A stretch of 28,476 bases of DNA from a virus (lineage: Duplodnaviria > Caudoviricetes), in the IMG/VR virus record IMGVR_UViG_3300010376_000104, positions 1-28,476 of that record; one strand, given 5' to 3'. Position 1 is the stretch's first letter, and every line of letters starts with the position of its first letter. The notes beneath the pieces are model-generated. The model was not told where the DNA came from, searched no databases, and saw only the letters and a list, made by a program, of their open reading frames with translations. Positions 14,273 to 23,947 of this stretch are shown here, one piece after another. A program made the translations under genes and the position numbers.

Positions 14273-15466
14273 ATGACAACCTACAACACTGGTATCTTCC
14301 GGTCAGCCGGAACACCAGACCCACTCGTGCCGCAGCCGCTCGCTGCGGACATCATCCAGGAGGCTCCGAAAGCGAGCGCCGCTCTCAGCCTCATGAATAC
14401 CACAACGCTCTCCTCCAAGACGCAGCGCATGCCCGTGCTCGATGTCCTCCCCGTGGCCTACTGGGTCGGTGGGGACACCGGCATGAAGCAGACTGCGCAG
14501 CAGCAGTGGAAGAACGTCATCATGGTCGTTGAGGAATTGGCCTGTATTGTGCCGATTCCGGAAGCGTACCTTGATGACGCAGACGTTCCGCTCTGGTCGC
14601 AGGTTCAGCCGCGCATTACGGAGGCCGTAGGCGCGCTGATCGACTCGGCTGTGCTCTGGGGCGTCAACAAGCCGGCCACCTGGGGTGAGTCGGTTTTCGT
14701 CGGCGCAACCAAATCCGGCCACTGGGCCATTGAGGGAACCGGCACCGACCTGGGCGTGGACGTTTCCACCCTGGGCGTCCAGATGGCTCAGAGCGGCTAC
14801 ACACTCAACGGATTCGCGGCGATGCCGGGAATGTCCTGGAAGCTCACCGGCCTCCGCTCCGCGCAGGGCGTGCCTATCTATCAGCCTGACATGACGGGCT
14901 CGCCTACCGGCCGTGGTCTCTACGGCTATCCGCTGTCGGAAGTCCAGAACGGTTCCTGGGTCATGCCGACTACCGGAGCCCTACTCCTGGGCGGTGACTT
15001 CTCCAAGGCGATCATCGGTATCCGGAATGACATTTCCTTCAAGATGTTTACAGAGGGTGTCATTTCCGACGATACCGGCAAGGTCATCCTGAACCTCATG
15101 CAGCAGGACTCCGTGGCGATGCGTATGACGATGCGCCTCGCCTACGCCACCGTCAACCCCGTAACCATCATGCAGCCCGGCACCGCCATTACCGCGCGCT
15201 GGCCTTTCGGCGCAATTCTTGGCGTCGGCACGGCCGCTCCGGCTGGCGGCGCAATCTCCGTCATCTCTACGTATCCGGCCGGTACCCGTTCCGTGGATGG
15301 CCAGCTCGTGGAGGATGAGGAAGCGCTCACAGCCCAGCACGAATTCGAGCAGGAGCAAGCCAAGGAACGGCGCGCAGCCGTCACCTCCGGCACGAGCCGT
15401 CGCGGAGCGCGAGTGGCGGCAGAGGAAGGCCAGGACAAGGAACCGGCGCGGAAGCGCTCTGAGTAA
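14273..15466 (+). CDS. Major capsid protein (HK97 fold) with C-terminal extension
   Basis: MPVL..LP.AYWV, EELACIVPIPE..LDD, GDFS, NLMQQD.VAMR and WPF motifs. Confidence 0.93.
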   Translation: MTTYNTGIFRSAGTPDPLVPQPLAADIIQEAPKASAALSLMNTTTLSSKTQRMPVLDVLPVAYWVGGDTGMKQTAQQQWKNVIMVVEELACIVPIPEAYLDDADVPLWSQVQPRITEAVGALIDSAVLWGVNKPATWGESVFVGATKSGHWAIEGTGTDLGVDVSTLGVQMAQSGYTLNGFAAMPGMSWKLTGLRSAQGVPIYQPDMTGSPTGRGLYGYPLSEVQNGSWVMPTTGALLLGGDFSKAIIGIRNDISFKMFTEGVISDDTGKVILNLMQQDSVAMRMTMRLAYATVNPVTIMQPGTAITARWPFGAILGVGTAAPAGGAISVISTYPAGTRSVDGQLVEDEEALTAQHEFEQEQAKERRAAVTSGTSRRGARVAAEEGQDKEPARKRSE

Positions 15467-15468
15467 TC

Positions 15469-16122
15469 GTGACAACCCCATCGCTGCCTAGTCTCGCGAC
15501 TGAAAGTGACATCGTCGCGAGGCTAGGCCGCAGCCTGAATCAGGTGGAATCCGCACGGGTTGATGCCCTACTCGCGGACGGCTCCGCGATTATCCGGCGA
15601 TACTGCCGCGAGGATTTCATCCCATACACGGGTGACACGATTACGGTTCCCAGCGACGGTGGGATAATCAACATGGAAGCCTGGAAACCAATCCAGGCAA
15701 TCACCTCCGTCACAGCTCTATCCGGGATGGCCGGCGTGCCAGACCTTCCCGTCACCTGGTTTGTATTCGATCAGATCTCTGAGATTGCGCTACTCGCTCC
15801 GGCCTACTCCGGAATCATTAACCTTCCGGAAATTTGGTACACAGAGGAATTCTGGTGGGCGAGCACCTTCAGGGTGGTAGGCGATCACGGTTATCCGCAG
15901 ACTCCAGGCGACGTTATGGCCGTGCTGTGTACTGCTATCATCTCGGAGCTTAGTACGCCTACTATGTCCGCCACGCTCGCTAGCGAGTCGATAGGCGCGT
16001 ACTCGTACTCCATGCGCCGTACGTCTGGCGCTGGGCTGTCTGCTGCCCTGACCGACGCAGGAATGAAGACTACTCTCGCGGACTACCGCCAGAGCCAGGG
16101 AACTATCAAGGCGAGGCTCTAA
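15469..16122 (+). CDS. Head-to-tail adaptor
   Basis: LAT..DI.ARLGR.L ... ALL.D.SA.IR.Y, HGY...P.DV and ESIGAYSYS. Follows the major capsid gene. Confidence 0.85.
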   Translation: MTTPSLPSLATESDIVARLGRSLNQVESARVDALLADGSAIIRRYCREDFIPYTGDTITVPSDGGIINMEAWKPIQAITSVTALSGMAGVPDLPVTWFVFDQISEIALLAPAYSGIINLPEIWYTEEFWWASTFRVVGDHGYPQTPGDVMAVLCTAIISELSTPTMSATLASESIGAYSYSMRRTSGAGLSAALTDAGMKTTLADYRQSQGTIKARL

Positions 16123-16400
16123 TGCCAGTAAGCTGTGATATCAACGTCGATGACCCGCTGCCGCAGCACGGGCAGACGATTACCGTGACGTACACCATTG
16201 ACGGTAATGACCCTATCGATCCGCAAGGCGCAACGATTACCGGCCGCGTAGTTGTGGGAGGAATCCCGCAGGACGTCAGCACCACCATTACCCTGCCGGG
16301 TACTCCGGCCGCAAGCGTTACGTATGATGTTCCGCTCTGCTCCGGCCTCTCATTCGTCTCGACAGGGAATCCGGCCGTATTTACGGCCGTTGTACCGTGA
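16122..16400 (+). CDS. Small beta-rich (Ig-like?) protein
   Basis: TAATG coupling. Thr/Val-rich alternating pattern (GQTITVTYTI). Confidence 0.6.
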   Translation: MPVSCDINVDDPLPQHGQTITVTYTIDGNDPIDPQGATITGRVVVGGIPQDVSTTITLPGTPAASVTYDVPLCSGLSFVSTGNPAVFTAVVP

Positions 16401-16522
16401 CCGTAACGATTACCGGCGTGGTGACTGTGGGTAGCGAGCGCTATCCGGTCAGCACCACAATCGAGCTACCGGACGGAGCAAAGGATGTCATTCCCATACG
16501 GCCAGACGGTGACGGTAGTTAA
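16397..16522 (+). CDS. 41-aa partial paralogue of 16122-16400 (not in ORF track)
   Basis: GTGA overlap. TVTITGVVTVGSERYPVSTTIELP aligns with ATITGRVVVGGIPQDVSTTITLP. Confidence 0.45.
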   Translation: MTVTITGVVTVGSERYPVSTTIELPDGAKDVIPIRPDGDGS

Positions 16523-16826
16523 GCGCACCGTATCCGGCCAGGACAGCCTTGGGAATGACACATACACAGAAACGACTTTTGATGTTACGCCTTGCGTAGT
16601 CCAAAGCTCCGGCTCCGTAGAGACGGTTCAGTTTACAGATCAGGTTAGCGACGACATTACTGTCTTCCTACCCTACGGCACGGATCTGCAAGCCATTTAC
16701 GCAATTCAGTGGAATGGCCTCAGGTATGAGGTTCAGGGAAATCCGCAAATGTGGCAGTCGCCATTCTCCGGCCATACGTCTCCGATTCAGATCAGGGCCA
16801 CAAGGATTACTGGGGTGTCGGTATGA
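16485..16826 (+). CDS. Head-to-tail stopper / head closure protein
   Basis: G.TVTV.KR ... D.LGND ... G.RYEVQG.P..W.SPFSG. AAGGA/GGAG RBS. Synteny. Confidence 0.82.
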   Translation: MSFPYGQTVTVVKRTVSGQDSLGNDTYTETTFDVTPCVVQSSGSVETVQFTDQVSDDITVFLPYGTDLQAIYAIQWNGLRYEVQGNPQMWQSPFSGHTSPIQIRATRITGVSV

Positions 16827-17146
16827 CGAATGTAGATTTTCGCCCAGACCACCGTGGCGTAGGCGAAATGTTGCGGTCGGACTTTATCCAGCGGACGGTT
16901 AACCTCCGGGCTGAGCTTATCCGGGCTCGCGCTTTCGCAGATGCGCCTGTTGATGAGAAGAGCGACCACCCCGGACGATACAAGGCAAGCTTTGGGATCA
17001 AGACTAGAACGCACGGAGGCGCTACGCACGACCGCGCTGAGGCGATTGTCTATAACGATGCGCCGGAGGCAGGATTTGTGGAATTCGGTCACTGGGGCCG
17101 TGAGCCGGAACACACGCTAGCTCGCGCCGCTTTCCAGAGGTTGTGA
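16823..17146 (+). CDS. HK97 gp10-like neck/tail protein
   Basis: APVD ... GRYKASF ... VYND ... A.FVEFG ... HTLARA. ATGA overlap. Confidence 0.8.
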   Translation: MTNVDFRPDHRGVGEMLRSDFIQRTVNLRAELIRARAFADAPVDEKSDHPGRYKASFGIKTRTHGGATHDRAEAIVYNDAPEAGFVEFGHWGREPEHTLARAAFQRL

Positions 17147-17150
17147 CGTC

Positions 17151-17549
17151 ATGGCTCTTGTTCCATTCCCTGTGCTTCCGGATATCGAGACACTACTCAT
17201 GTATGCGCTCGTGCCGCAATTCCCTAGCTATCGTTTCGTAACAATTCTGCCTGCTGGTGACCCAACCGAGATTACCGCCAGGATACACCGTATTAGTGGT
17301 GCCGGTCGTCATATAGGAATGGACGACCCGATTGTAGATGTGGATGTATTCGGGCCAAAAGCCCAGACAGGGAATGTTTCCTCTGCCGCAAGATCAATTC
17401 AGGCTTTCCTTCTATCCCTAATGGGAGCCGTGTATACGAATGGAGTAGTTCAGCACGCATCGACCGTAGCAGGCCCTAGACAACTTCCGGAGGCTAACCC
17501 AGCATTCGTGCGCTTTAGCGCAACATATGAACTTCACGTTCACCCCTGA
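17151..17549 (+). CDS. Tail terminator
   Basis: PDIE, RISG ... D.P.VDVDVFG and RF.ATY. Precedes the major tail gene. Confidence 0.8.
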   Translation: MALVPFPVLPDIETLLMYALVPQFPSYRFVTILPAGDPTEITARIHRISGAGRHIGMDDPIVDVDVFGPKAQTGNVSSAARSIQAFLLSLMGAVYTNGVVQHASTVAGPRQLPEANPAFVRFSATYELHVHP

Positions 17550-17563
17550 AAGGAAAGGCAGAC

Positions 17564-18286
17564 ATGCCAACTCGCGAGGAAAAACTAGAGGAAATCGCCC
17601 AGTACGACATCCCATCGCAGTACAGCCTCGCTCCGGCGACCGGCACCTTCAAGGACAACTCCCTGCTCTACGCGGCCGGTGACGTCGTGGTCTGGGTCGG
17701 CCAGCCCAACAACGCCAATCCTCCGCTGGGGATTGAGGACCCAACCACTCTCGGCTCCGGCATATACAAGTGCTGCGGCTGGGTCGATACCTCCGGCTAC
17801 ATCTTCAAGCTGGACGAGACCATCAAGGACATTCCCGGTGCCGGAGTCCTGACGCCAGTCCGCTCGATTCTCACCGGTGGCTCCAAGAGCGTCCAGGCCG
17901 TATTCCTGGAGGCCCTCAACCCGTACGTCCGTTCACTCTACGATGAGGTTCCGGTATTCCCGGTGGCGACCTCGCCTCTCAAGCCTCCGGCCGCGCCATC
18001 GCCTCCGGCGCTACCGGCGAACACCGTCACCTACCTCATCCCAGACCCACCGGGCGATAACCGGTACAGCTTCATTTTCGACTCCATCGACGGCGCAAAG
18101 CAGCAGCGCCTGTATGCGCCAAACGGGAAGATCACGGCTCGCGGAAACGACCAGGCGCAGCAGGGCGACATCGTCATGACCGACATGACGATTACCTGCT
18201 ATCCCGGAACGATCGGTGCGGTGACAACGGCCGTGCTCCAGCGGACTGTCAACTACGGCAAGTCCATGACGGCCTACTTCACGTGA
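17564..18286 (+). CDS. Major tail (tube) protein
   Basis: GAAAGGAAAGG RBS. GWVD..G, FLE..N, FIFDSIDG....RLY.P and TITCYP. Synteny. Confidence 0.85.
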   Translation: MPTREEKLEEIAQYDIPSQYSLAPATGTFKDNSLLYAAGDVVVWVGQPNNANPPLGIEDPTTLGSGIYKCCGWVDTSGYIFKLDETIKDIPGAGVLTPVRSILTGGSKSVQAVFLEALNPYVRSLYDEVPVFPVATSPLKPPAAPSPPALPANTVTYLIPDPPGDNRYSFIFDSIDGAKQQRLYAPNGKITARGNDQAQQGDIVMTDMTITCYPGTIGAVTTAVLQRTVNYGKSMTAYFT

Positions 18287-18296
18287 CGGAGCCGAG

Positions 18297-18683
18297 ATGC
18301 CGACAGAACCTCTCCGGCCGGTAGAGCCGGATGACGATGATGCTGAGGTAGAGGTCGATGTTGACCTTGACCTGATTTCTGAAACGCTACGCCGCGAGGC
18401 CGTAGGCGAATCGACTACCGTACGCCTTGACGGGAAGGTCATCCACATCGCCCATGCCGGCGACTGGCCGACAAGCGCTATGCGAGCGGCTTCCTCCGGC
18501 GACTGGGACACGTGGGCACGAGCCGTTATCGAGAGCGATGCGGAATTCGCAATCTGGGTGGACGCAGATCTCGCGAACTACCAGATTGAGGCCGTATTCG
18601 ATGAGTGCGGCAGGCAGGCGAGAATGTCGATGGGAAAATCCAGAAGGCGCTCTGGGTCATCCAGGAACACGCGGAGACGCTAG
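18297..18683 (+). CDS. Tail assembly chaperone (G)
   Basis: Lies between the major tail and tape measure genes. Contains the ATG GGA AAA slippery site near its 3' end. Confidence 0.85.
   Translation: MPTEPLRPVEPDDDDAEVEVDVDLDLISETLRREAVGESTTVRLDGKVIHIAHAGDWPTSAMRAASSGDWDTWARAVIESDAEFAIWVDADLANYQIEAVFDECGRQARMSMGKSRRRSGSSRNTRRR
18632..18638 (+). other. Programmed -1 frameshift site GGGAAAA
   Basis: XXXYYYZ heptamer. The -1 frame (GKIQKALW...) is open to 19123. Confidence 0.88.
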
Positions 18684-19123
18684 AAGCAGACCTACAGCGC
18701 TATTATGGCCTAAACCTGGCGACATTGTTCGTGCCAGGCTCCGGCCTAACGTGGCGCAGGCTCCTGGTTCTAATCGACCATCTTCCTCCGGAGGCCGCGT
18801 TGATTACAGCAATCCGGAATGACACGCCGGATCAAGTACTGGCGCGCAATGCTACCGACCCCACAAAGGGAAATTGGAGTAACCTGGAAAACCTCGTGGC
18901 TACCGCAATCGATGAGATCCGGAATTCCCAGTGGATGTACGCGAGCGCGCATTCTGAAAGGACTGTACGCCGGCCACAGCCGATTCCGCGCCCAGGCATC
19001 AAGCCGGTAACCCGCAGGACAATGCCTATTGAAGACGCAAGGAAGATCGATCCACGGCTGCGCGGAATTCCAGACGACCAGGTTCAGGACATGCTTGACC
19101 GGCTGACCGGAGGCGCGAGATGA
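18632..19123 (+). CDS. Tail assembly chaperone frameshifted part (T of the G-T fusion, 18297-19123)
   Basis: LEADLQRYYG, LTWRRL.VLI.HLPPE and P.PIPRPG, typical of actinophage T segments. Confidence 0.85.
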   Translation, partial: GKIQKALWVIQEHAETLEADLQRYYGLNLATLFVPGSGLTWRRLLVLIDHLPPEAALITAIRNDTPDQVLARNATDPTKGNWSNLENLVATAIDEIRNSQWMYASAHSERTVRRPQPIPRPGIKPVTRRTMPIEDARKIDPRLRGIPDDQVQDMLDRLTGGAR

Positions 19124-21744
19124 CAGAAATATTCGTCGGCTCCGTCGCTGTCGGCGTTGTCCCGGACGCTCGCGGCTGGAACCAGAAACTCAGGCAGCAG
19201 CTTGTTCCTTCCTCCGGAGTGGTCGGTGATGAAGTCGGAAAGGAAATGGGTAAGAAAATCACCGACCAGATGGGAAAGGCTGGAACCGATAGCGCCGGAG
19301 CTTTCGATGAGAAATTCAGGAAGCGCCTAAAGGCAGCCCTGGAAGCTCTCCCCAAGGCAAAAGTCGATGGCGATATGACTCCGGCTGAGCGTAAGCTCGC
19401 GGAGCTGCGCGCCAAGATTGAGGAGATATCCAAAGAGAAAGTCATTGACGGTGACAAGGCAACGCGCGAGCTAGCCAAGATTGACGCAGAGCTAGCGAAG
19501 GTCGCGAGGAAGGCAGACGGTATTGATATCAAGTTCAATACCGCAGAAGCGAGAGCGCAGCTTGCGCTACTCCGGAAGGACATCGAATCGACCGGAGGCA
19601 CGTACGGCCGGAAGCGCGGAATTCTCGGCACCGTTGCTGGCTTTGTTCCGGGAATGGGCGCTGGAGCCGGAGCCGCTCCACCGGTGGCCGGCGCAGGACA
19701 GGCCGCGAGCGGCGCAGGAGCGGCAGCTAGCGGCATCGGACCATGGGGCTGGGTAGCCGCTATCGGAGCCGGTATCGTCGCTCTCCCGTTTATCGCCCAG
19801 GCCGCAGCCGGAGCCGTAGTCGCTGCGCTTGGCGGCGCATTCGTCGGTGTTGGAATCCTCGCGGCCGCACAGGTGAAGGGAATCCAGGACAAGTTTGGTA
19901 AGCTGAAAGAGGATGCAAAGAAAGACCTCTGGCAGATAGGCGTGGCATTCGCCCCGGTAGTCTTCCACATACTCGATCTGGTAGGGAAGGTAGTCAACCA
20001 TCTGACTCCGGTATTCATCGGAATCATGAAGCTGATTGCCGGGCCATTTAAGGCATTCGCTGATGCGGTTATCAGCGCATTTACAAGGCCAGCTGTAGTT
20101 AAGGCGATGCAAGATGTTGCGAAGGCATTCGGAGCTATCCTGGACGCATTCACACCCGACATACCTGGGATAGCCGATTCGCTCGCGCAGGCCATATCGA
20201 GAATGGCTGATGCTGTCAAGAAAAATCCGAAAGCCTTTGCCGACTTCCTGAATTTCCTGTTTCAGATTGTTATCTTCGCTATCAACGCAATTGCCTGGCT
20301 GACTAATCTCGCGACCTGGATTGAAGTTCACCTGCCGCCTACGCTCCACCATATCGCGGTTATCTTTGACGGAGTACGGCACGAGGTAGCCCATATCTGG
20401 GACATTATCTATGAGGATACTATCGGCCGGATTAAGCGGATAGCTCACGGCATTCACGCTTACTTTGACGAGATACGGCACGACATATCAAACATCTATG
20501 ATAGCATCCGGCACGAGATAGCGCATATCTGGGACATTATCTATCAGGACACAATAGGCCGCGTAAAGCGGATGGCCCACGGAGTACACGCGCTATTCCA
20601 GGACTACCGGCATGATATCGCCTCCATTTACGACGGCATCCGCCACGACATCGCCCATTACTGGGATATGATCTGGAACAATACGATTGGCCGCGTAGCT
20701 CGCGGAATTCAGGATGTTAAGAACCTCTATACCGGATTCAAGGGATGGCTTGGCAATTTCTTCTCAGGTGCCGGAACCTGGCTTGTTAATTCCGGTAAGG
20801 CGATAGTCCAGGGCCTGTGGGATGGAATGACATTTGTGTGGCGCAAGGTCACCGGATGGATCTCCGGGCTCGCTGGATGGATTAAGGCTCATAAGGGCCC
20901 ACTTAACCGTGACCTCACCCTACTCCAGCCCGCAGGTCGTGCAATTATGGCCGGCCTCCGGCTAGGACTCCTGGGCGGATTTGTCGATGTCAAGAATGTA
21001 ATTACTACCGCCGCAGGGAACATCGAGAACTGGTTTACCACTACGGCTGGCCGTGGAATCTTTAACAATATCCTGACTAAGCATCTAATTGACCTCGCGA
21101 AGATTCCCGGCAGGCTATTCGGAGCCGTAAAGTCCATTGGTGGATTCTTCGCCCATCTATTTGGCGGTGGTGGAGGCTCCGGAGTTCAAAGATGGGCCGG
21201 AGTAGTCTCCCAGGCGCTTGCTATGCTTGGCCTTCCGCTTAACCTGGCCGGCCGTGTGCTCTATCAGATGCAGACGGAGAGCGGCGGCAACCCGAATGCG
21301 ATTAACAACTGGGACATTAACGCGCAGCACGGTGATCCGTCGCGAGGTCTTCTCCAGGTAATTGGCGGAACCTTTAGCGCCTTCCACGTTCCGGGAACAT
21401 CCCTCAATATCTATGACCCGCTCGCGAATGTCGCAGCTGCTATCAATTACGCACTCCACCGTTATGGGCCTACGCTTATGAGTGGCGGAATGGGAATGGG
21501 CTCCGGCCACGGTTACGATACCGGAGGCTGGTGGCCGTCCGGGACATTCGGCTGGAACCTCTCCGGTAAGCCAGAGCTAGTCGTTACGCAGGACCAGCTT
21601 CACGGGCACCAGATAGGCGGCACGCAGTATCACGCCCACTTCGACGGCCTAACCGGAGCCGCTATAGAGTCGCACGTCCGGACGGCCTTCCAGGCTATGT
21701 CGCTTACGTCCGGAGCCCTAGGCCGTCAGGGCAGGAGGTCTTAA
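19120..21744 (+). CDS. Tape measure protein with a C-terminal lytic transglycosylase (SLT) domain
   Basis: VGSV.V.VVPD N-terminus, 11-residue aromatic repeats, and TESGGNPNAIN.WD.NA..G.PS.GLLQ ... DPLAN..AAINY...RYG. Confidence 0.93.
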   Translation: MTEIFVGSVAVGVVPDARGWNQKLRQQLVPSSGVVGDEVGKEMGKKITDQMGKAGTDSAGAFDEKFRKRLKAALEALPKAKVDGDMTPAERKLAELRAKIEEISKEKVIDGDKATRELAKIDAELAKVARKADGIDIKFNTAEARAQLALLRKDIESTGGTYGRKRGILGTVAGFVPGMGAGAGAAPPVAGAGQAASGAGAAASGIGPWGWVAAIGAGIVALPFIAQAAAGAVVAALGGAFVGVGILAAAQVKGIQDKFGKLKEDAKKDLWQIGVAFAPVVFHILDLVGKVVNHLTPVFIGIMKLIAGPFKAFADAVISAFTRPAVVKAMQDVAKAFGAILDAFTPDIPGIADSLAQAISRMADAVKKNPKAFADFLNFLFQIVIFAINAIAWLTNLATWIEVHLPPTLHHIAVIFDGVRHEVAHIWDIIYEDTIGRIKRIAHGIHAYFDEIRHDISNIYDSIRHEIAHIWDIIYQDTIGRVKRMAHGVHALFQDYRHDIASIYDGIRHDIAHYWDMIWNNTIGRVARGIQDVKNLYTGFKGWLGNFFSGAGTWLVNSGKAIVQGLWDGMTFVWRKVTGWISGLAGWIKAHKGPLNRDLTLLQPAGRAIMAGLRLGLLGGFVDVKNVITTAAGNIENWFTTTAGRGIFNNILTKHLIDLAKIPGRLFGAVKSIGGFFAHLFGGGGGSGVQRWAGVVSQALAMLGLPLNLAGRVLYQMQTESGGNPNAINNWDINAQHGDPSRGLLQVIGGTFSAFHVPGTSLNIYDPLANVAAAINYALHRYGPTLMSGGMGMGSGHGYDTGGWWPSGTFGWNLSGKPELVVTQDQLHGHQIGGTQYHAHFDGLTGAAIESHVRTAFQAMSLTSGALGRQGRRS

Positions 21745-22655
21745 TGTCTACTCCATTCGCACCACCGACACCACTCCAGATTTCCTATATTGATCCAGAC
21801 GGAGTCAACTGGAACCTTTCCGATCTCGATTTGTCTAACGGATTCTGCTGCGCGGCCATATCCGGCATCGACGGATTCCCAGTTTCCATGCAAACGTATC
21901 CGCTACTGGACGGCACGGCCATTCCTAACATCTACAATCCTGCTCCTGGTACTATCGGCCTCGCTATTCTTGTCACGCGGCCGGAATCTTCCCACCTTGA
22001 GAATGACTACTACACCACGCTTGACTATATCGTCCGTGCTTTCTACACGCACCGTTCCGGCCTTCCCGCTCCAGGCACGCTCATAATCCAGCGGCCTAAC
22101 GGAGCCTCGCGCCAGATTTCAGTCTACACAACTTCCGGGCTCGATACTCCGGAAGTCGGCCTAAACAATACGCTGATATATTCGCTCTCGCTTTCCACGC
22201 CTGACCCGTACTGGTATGACCTAACCCCGCAGCAGCTTGTATTCAACCTAAATTACGCAACGGGAATTCTCCCACTGCTACCAATTACGCTCGCTGGCTC
22301 AACGGTATTCGGCTCCACTACTATTAACAATCCGGCTACCGCGAATGCCTACCCGGTCTGGGTAATTACCGGTCCTGGCACGCCGACGATGACGAACAAC
22401 ACTACCGGCCTTAAATGGTCGATGAATACCGCAATTCCGGCAGGGCAGGTAGTCACTGTTGACACGAGGCGCGGAAAGCAGGCAGCAGTAAACTCAACTA
22501 CCGGGAACAGCGTCTGGGACCAGCTTGTATATTCCTCGCTCCGGCAGCTATGGCCGTTCGTGCCAGGGAACAACAATATTACCATCTCGATGGCCGGAGC
22601 TACCGCTGCGACGCAGGTTCAGCTATCCTGGCAGAATAGGTGGATCCGGGCATAA
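21744..22655 (+). CDS. Distal tail protein (Dit)
   Basis: Follows the tape measure gene. PDPYWY, N.....AYPVW.ITGP and LW...PGNN.I motifs. Confidence 0.85.
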   Translation: MSTPFAPPTPLQISYIDPDGVNWNLSDLDLSNGFCCAAISGIDGFPVSMQTYPLLDGTAIPNIYNPAPGTIGLAILVTRPESSHLENDYYTTLDYIVRAFYTHRSGLPAPGTLIIQRPNGASRQISVYTTSGLDTPEVGLNNTLIYSLSLSTPDPYWYDLTPQQLVFNLNYATGILPLLPITLAGSTVFGSTTINNPATANAYPVWVITGPGTPTMTNNTTGLKWSMNTAIPAGQVVTVDTRRGKQAAVNSTTGNSVWDQLVYSSLRQLWPFVPGNNNITISMAGATAATQVQLSWQNRWIRA

Positions 22656-23947
22656 TGGCGACCACATATATCATCGACGGCCTCTCCGTCTCGCGCTACG
22701 GAGCCGGTACTGGCACGATACTAGACACCATTTCGCTGACCGTTCCTCCGGCCGGATCGCAGGATCAGGTATGGGTTGAGATCCTGGATAAGAACCTTGT
22801 ATCACAGGGAGTAATTCAGTTCGCTACGCTCTCGGCTACGCTCTACTACAATCAGGTTGGCTCCTGGTCTATGATCGTCCCGTACACCGACTGGCTCTGG
22901 AACTTTACCCAGGCCAATCCGGACTTCCTTGTGAACGTTAACTGGCGCGGCCTATTCAGTTTCGGAGGCAAGTGCGAACAGCCTGGGTATCAGGATTCGC
23001 TACCGGGCTCTACCGGAGGTGCAGGCAGCAGCTCTGGGCCTTTTATCTCGCTCTCCGGCGCGGACTACCTAGGACTGATAGCCAACCGCATCTGCTATGC
23101 TAACCCTGGCGTAGCCTGGGGCTCGCAGACGGCCGGAGCTACCGATGCCGTCTCGGCTGTATCAACCGAAACGGCTATCAAGCACTACATCAATAACAAT
23201 GTCGGTTTCTTCGCGCTCGCCTCGCGGCAGCTAACGATGATGGACGTAGCGACGGACCTAACACGAGGCCCAAATGTCTCTTATACCGTCAAATACATTT
23301 CCGGTGGCCCTAGCCTAAACCTCATGGACGTTATCCGGGCGATTATCGCTCAGTCGAATACGCAGATGGGAGTCCGGATTACCCGGAATGCTAATACCCA
23401 CAGGCTCTCATTCGACTGCTATGTTCCCAGGAACCTTGCCGGGCTCGCCTGGTTCTCTCGCGACCTAGGGAACCTAACGGCTATCCAGTTTTACATTACC
23501 GACCCAACCTGCACCGATGCGCTCGTATGGGGCAGCACCTTTGTCTCGCGAGTGGCCTCCGGCCGCACTAACTGGAATGTAGTAGAGCAGTTCATAGATG
23601 ATTCCACGGAAACGGACGCTAACAATCTCGCGACGGCCGCCCAGACCGCTCTGCTTACGGGAGCGCAGGGACCAAATATGAGCGCCACCGTTACCGATAC
23701 ACCATTCCTGAGTTTCGGCCGTGACTATTACCTCGGTGATATCGTTAGCCTGGAAGTCCGTCCCGGAGCAGTCTATTCTGATGTCGTTTCCTCGGTAGCA
23801 CTAACGGCCGATCCATCCCAGACTCCGATGTACTCCGTTGTCCCGACAATAGGCAATTCTTCTAATGCGACCGCGACCGACCAATCGGCTATCGGGCAGC
23901 TAACGCAGAGAATCAAGACGCTAGAGAGAAAGCTGGCGAGCAAATAA
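22655..23947 (+). CDS. Minor tail / baseplate hub protein (Gp37-like)
   Basis: TAATG coupling. YNQVGSWS, FSRDLGNL, EQFID and FGRDYYLGDIV motifs. C-terminal coiled coil. Confidence 0.82.
   Translation: MATTYIIDGLSVSRYGAGTGTILDTISLTVPPAGSQDQVWVEILDKNLVSQGVIQFATLSATLYYNQVGSWSMIVPYTDWLWNFTQANPDFLVNVNWRGLFSFGGKCEQPGYQDSLPGSTGGAGSSSGPFISLSGADYLGLIANRICYANPGVAWGSQTAGATDAVSAVSTETAIKHYINNNVGFFALASRQLTMMDVATDLTRGPNVSYTVKYISGGPSLNLMDVIRAIIAQSNTQMGVRITRNANTHRLSFDCYVPRNLAGLAWFSRDLGNLTAIQFYITDPTCTDALVWGSTFVSRVASGRTNWNVVEQFIDDSTETDANNLATAAQTALLTGAQGPNMSATVTDTPFLSFGRDYYLGDIVSLEVRPGAVYSDVVSSVALTADPSQTPMYSVVPTIGNSSNATATDQSAIGQLTQRIKTLERKLASK

Noticed and set aside
19026-20481. Long minus-strand ORFs (397 and 304 aa)
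   Set aside because: Antisense shadows of the tape measure gene, as expected in high-GC coding DNA. The same applies to most other nested ORFs in the track.
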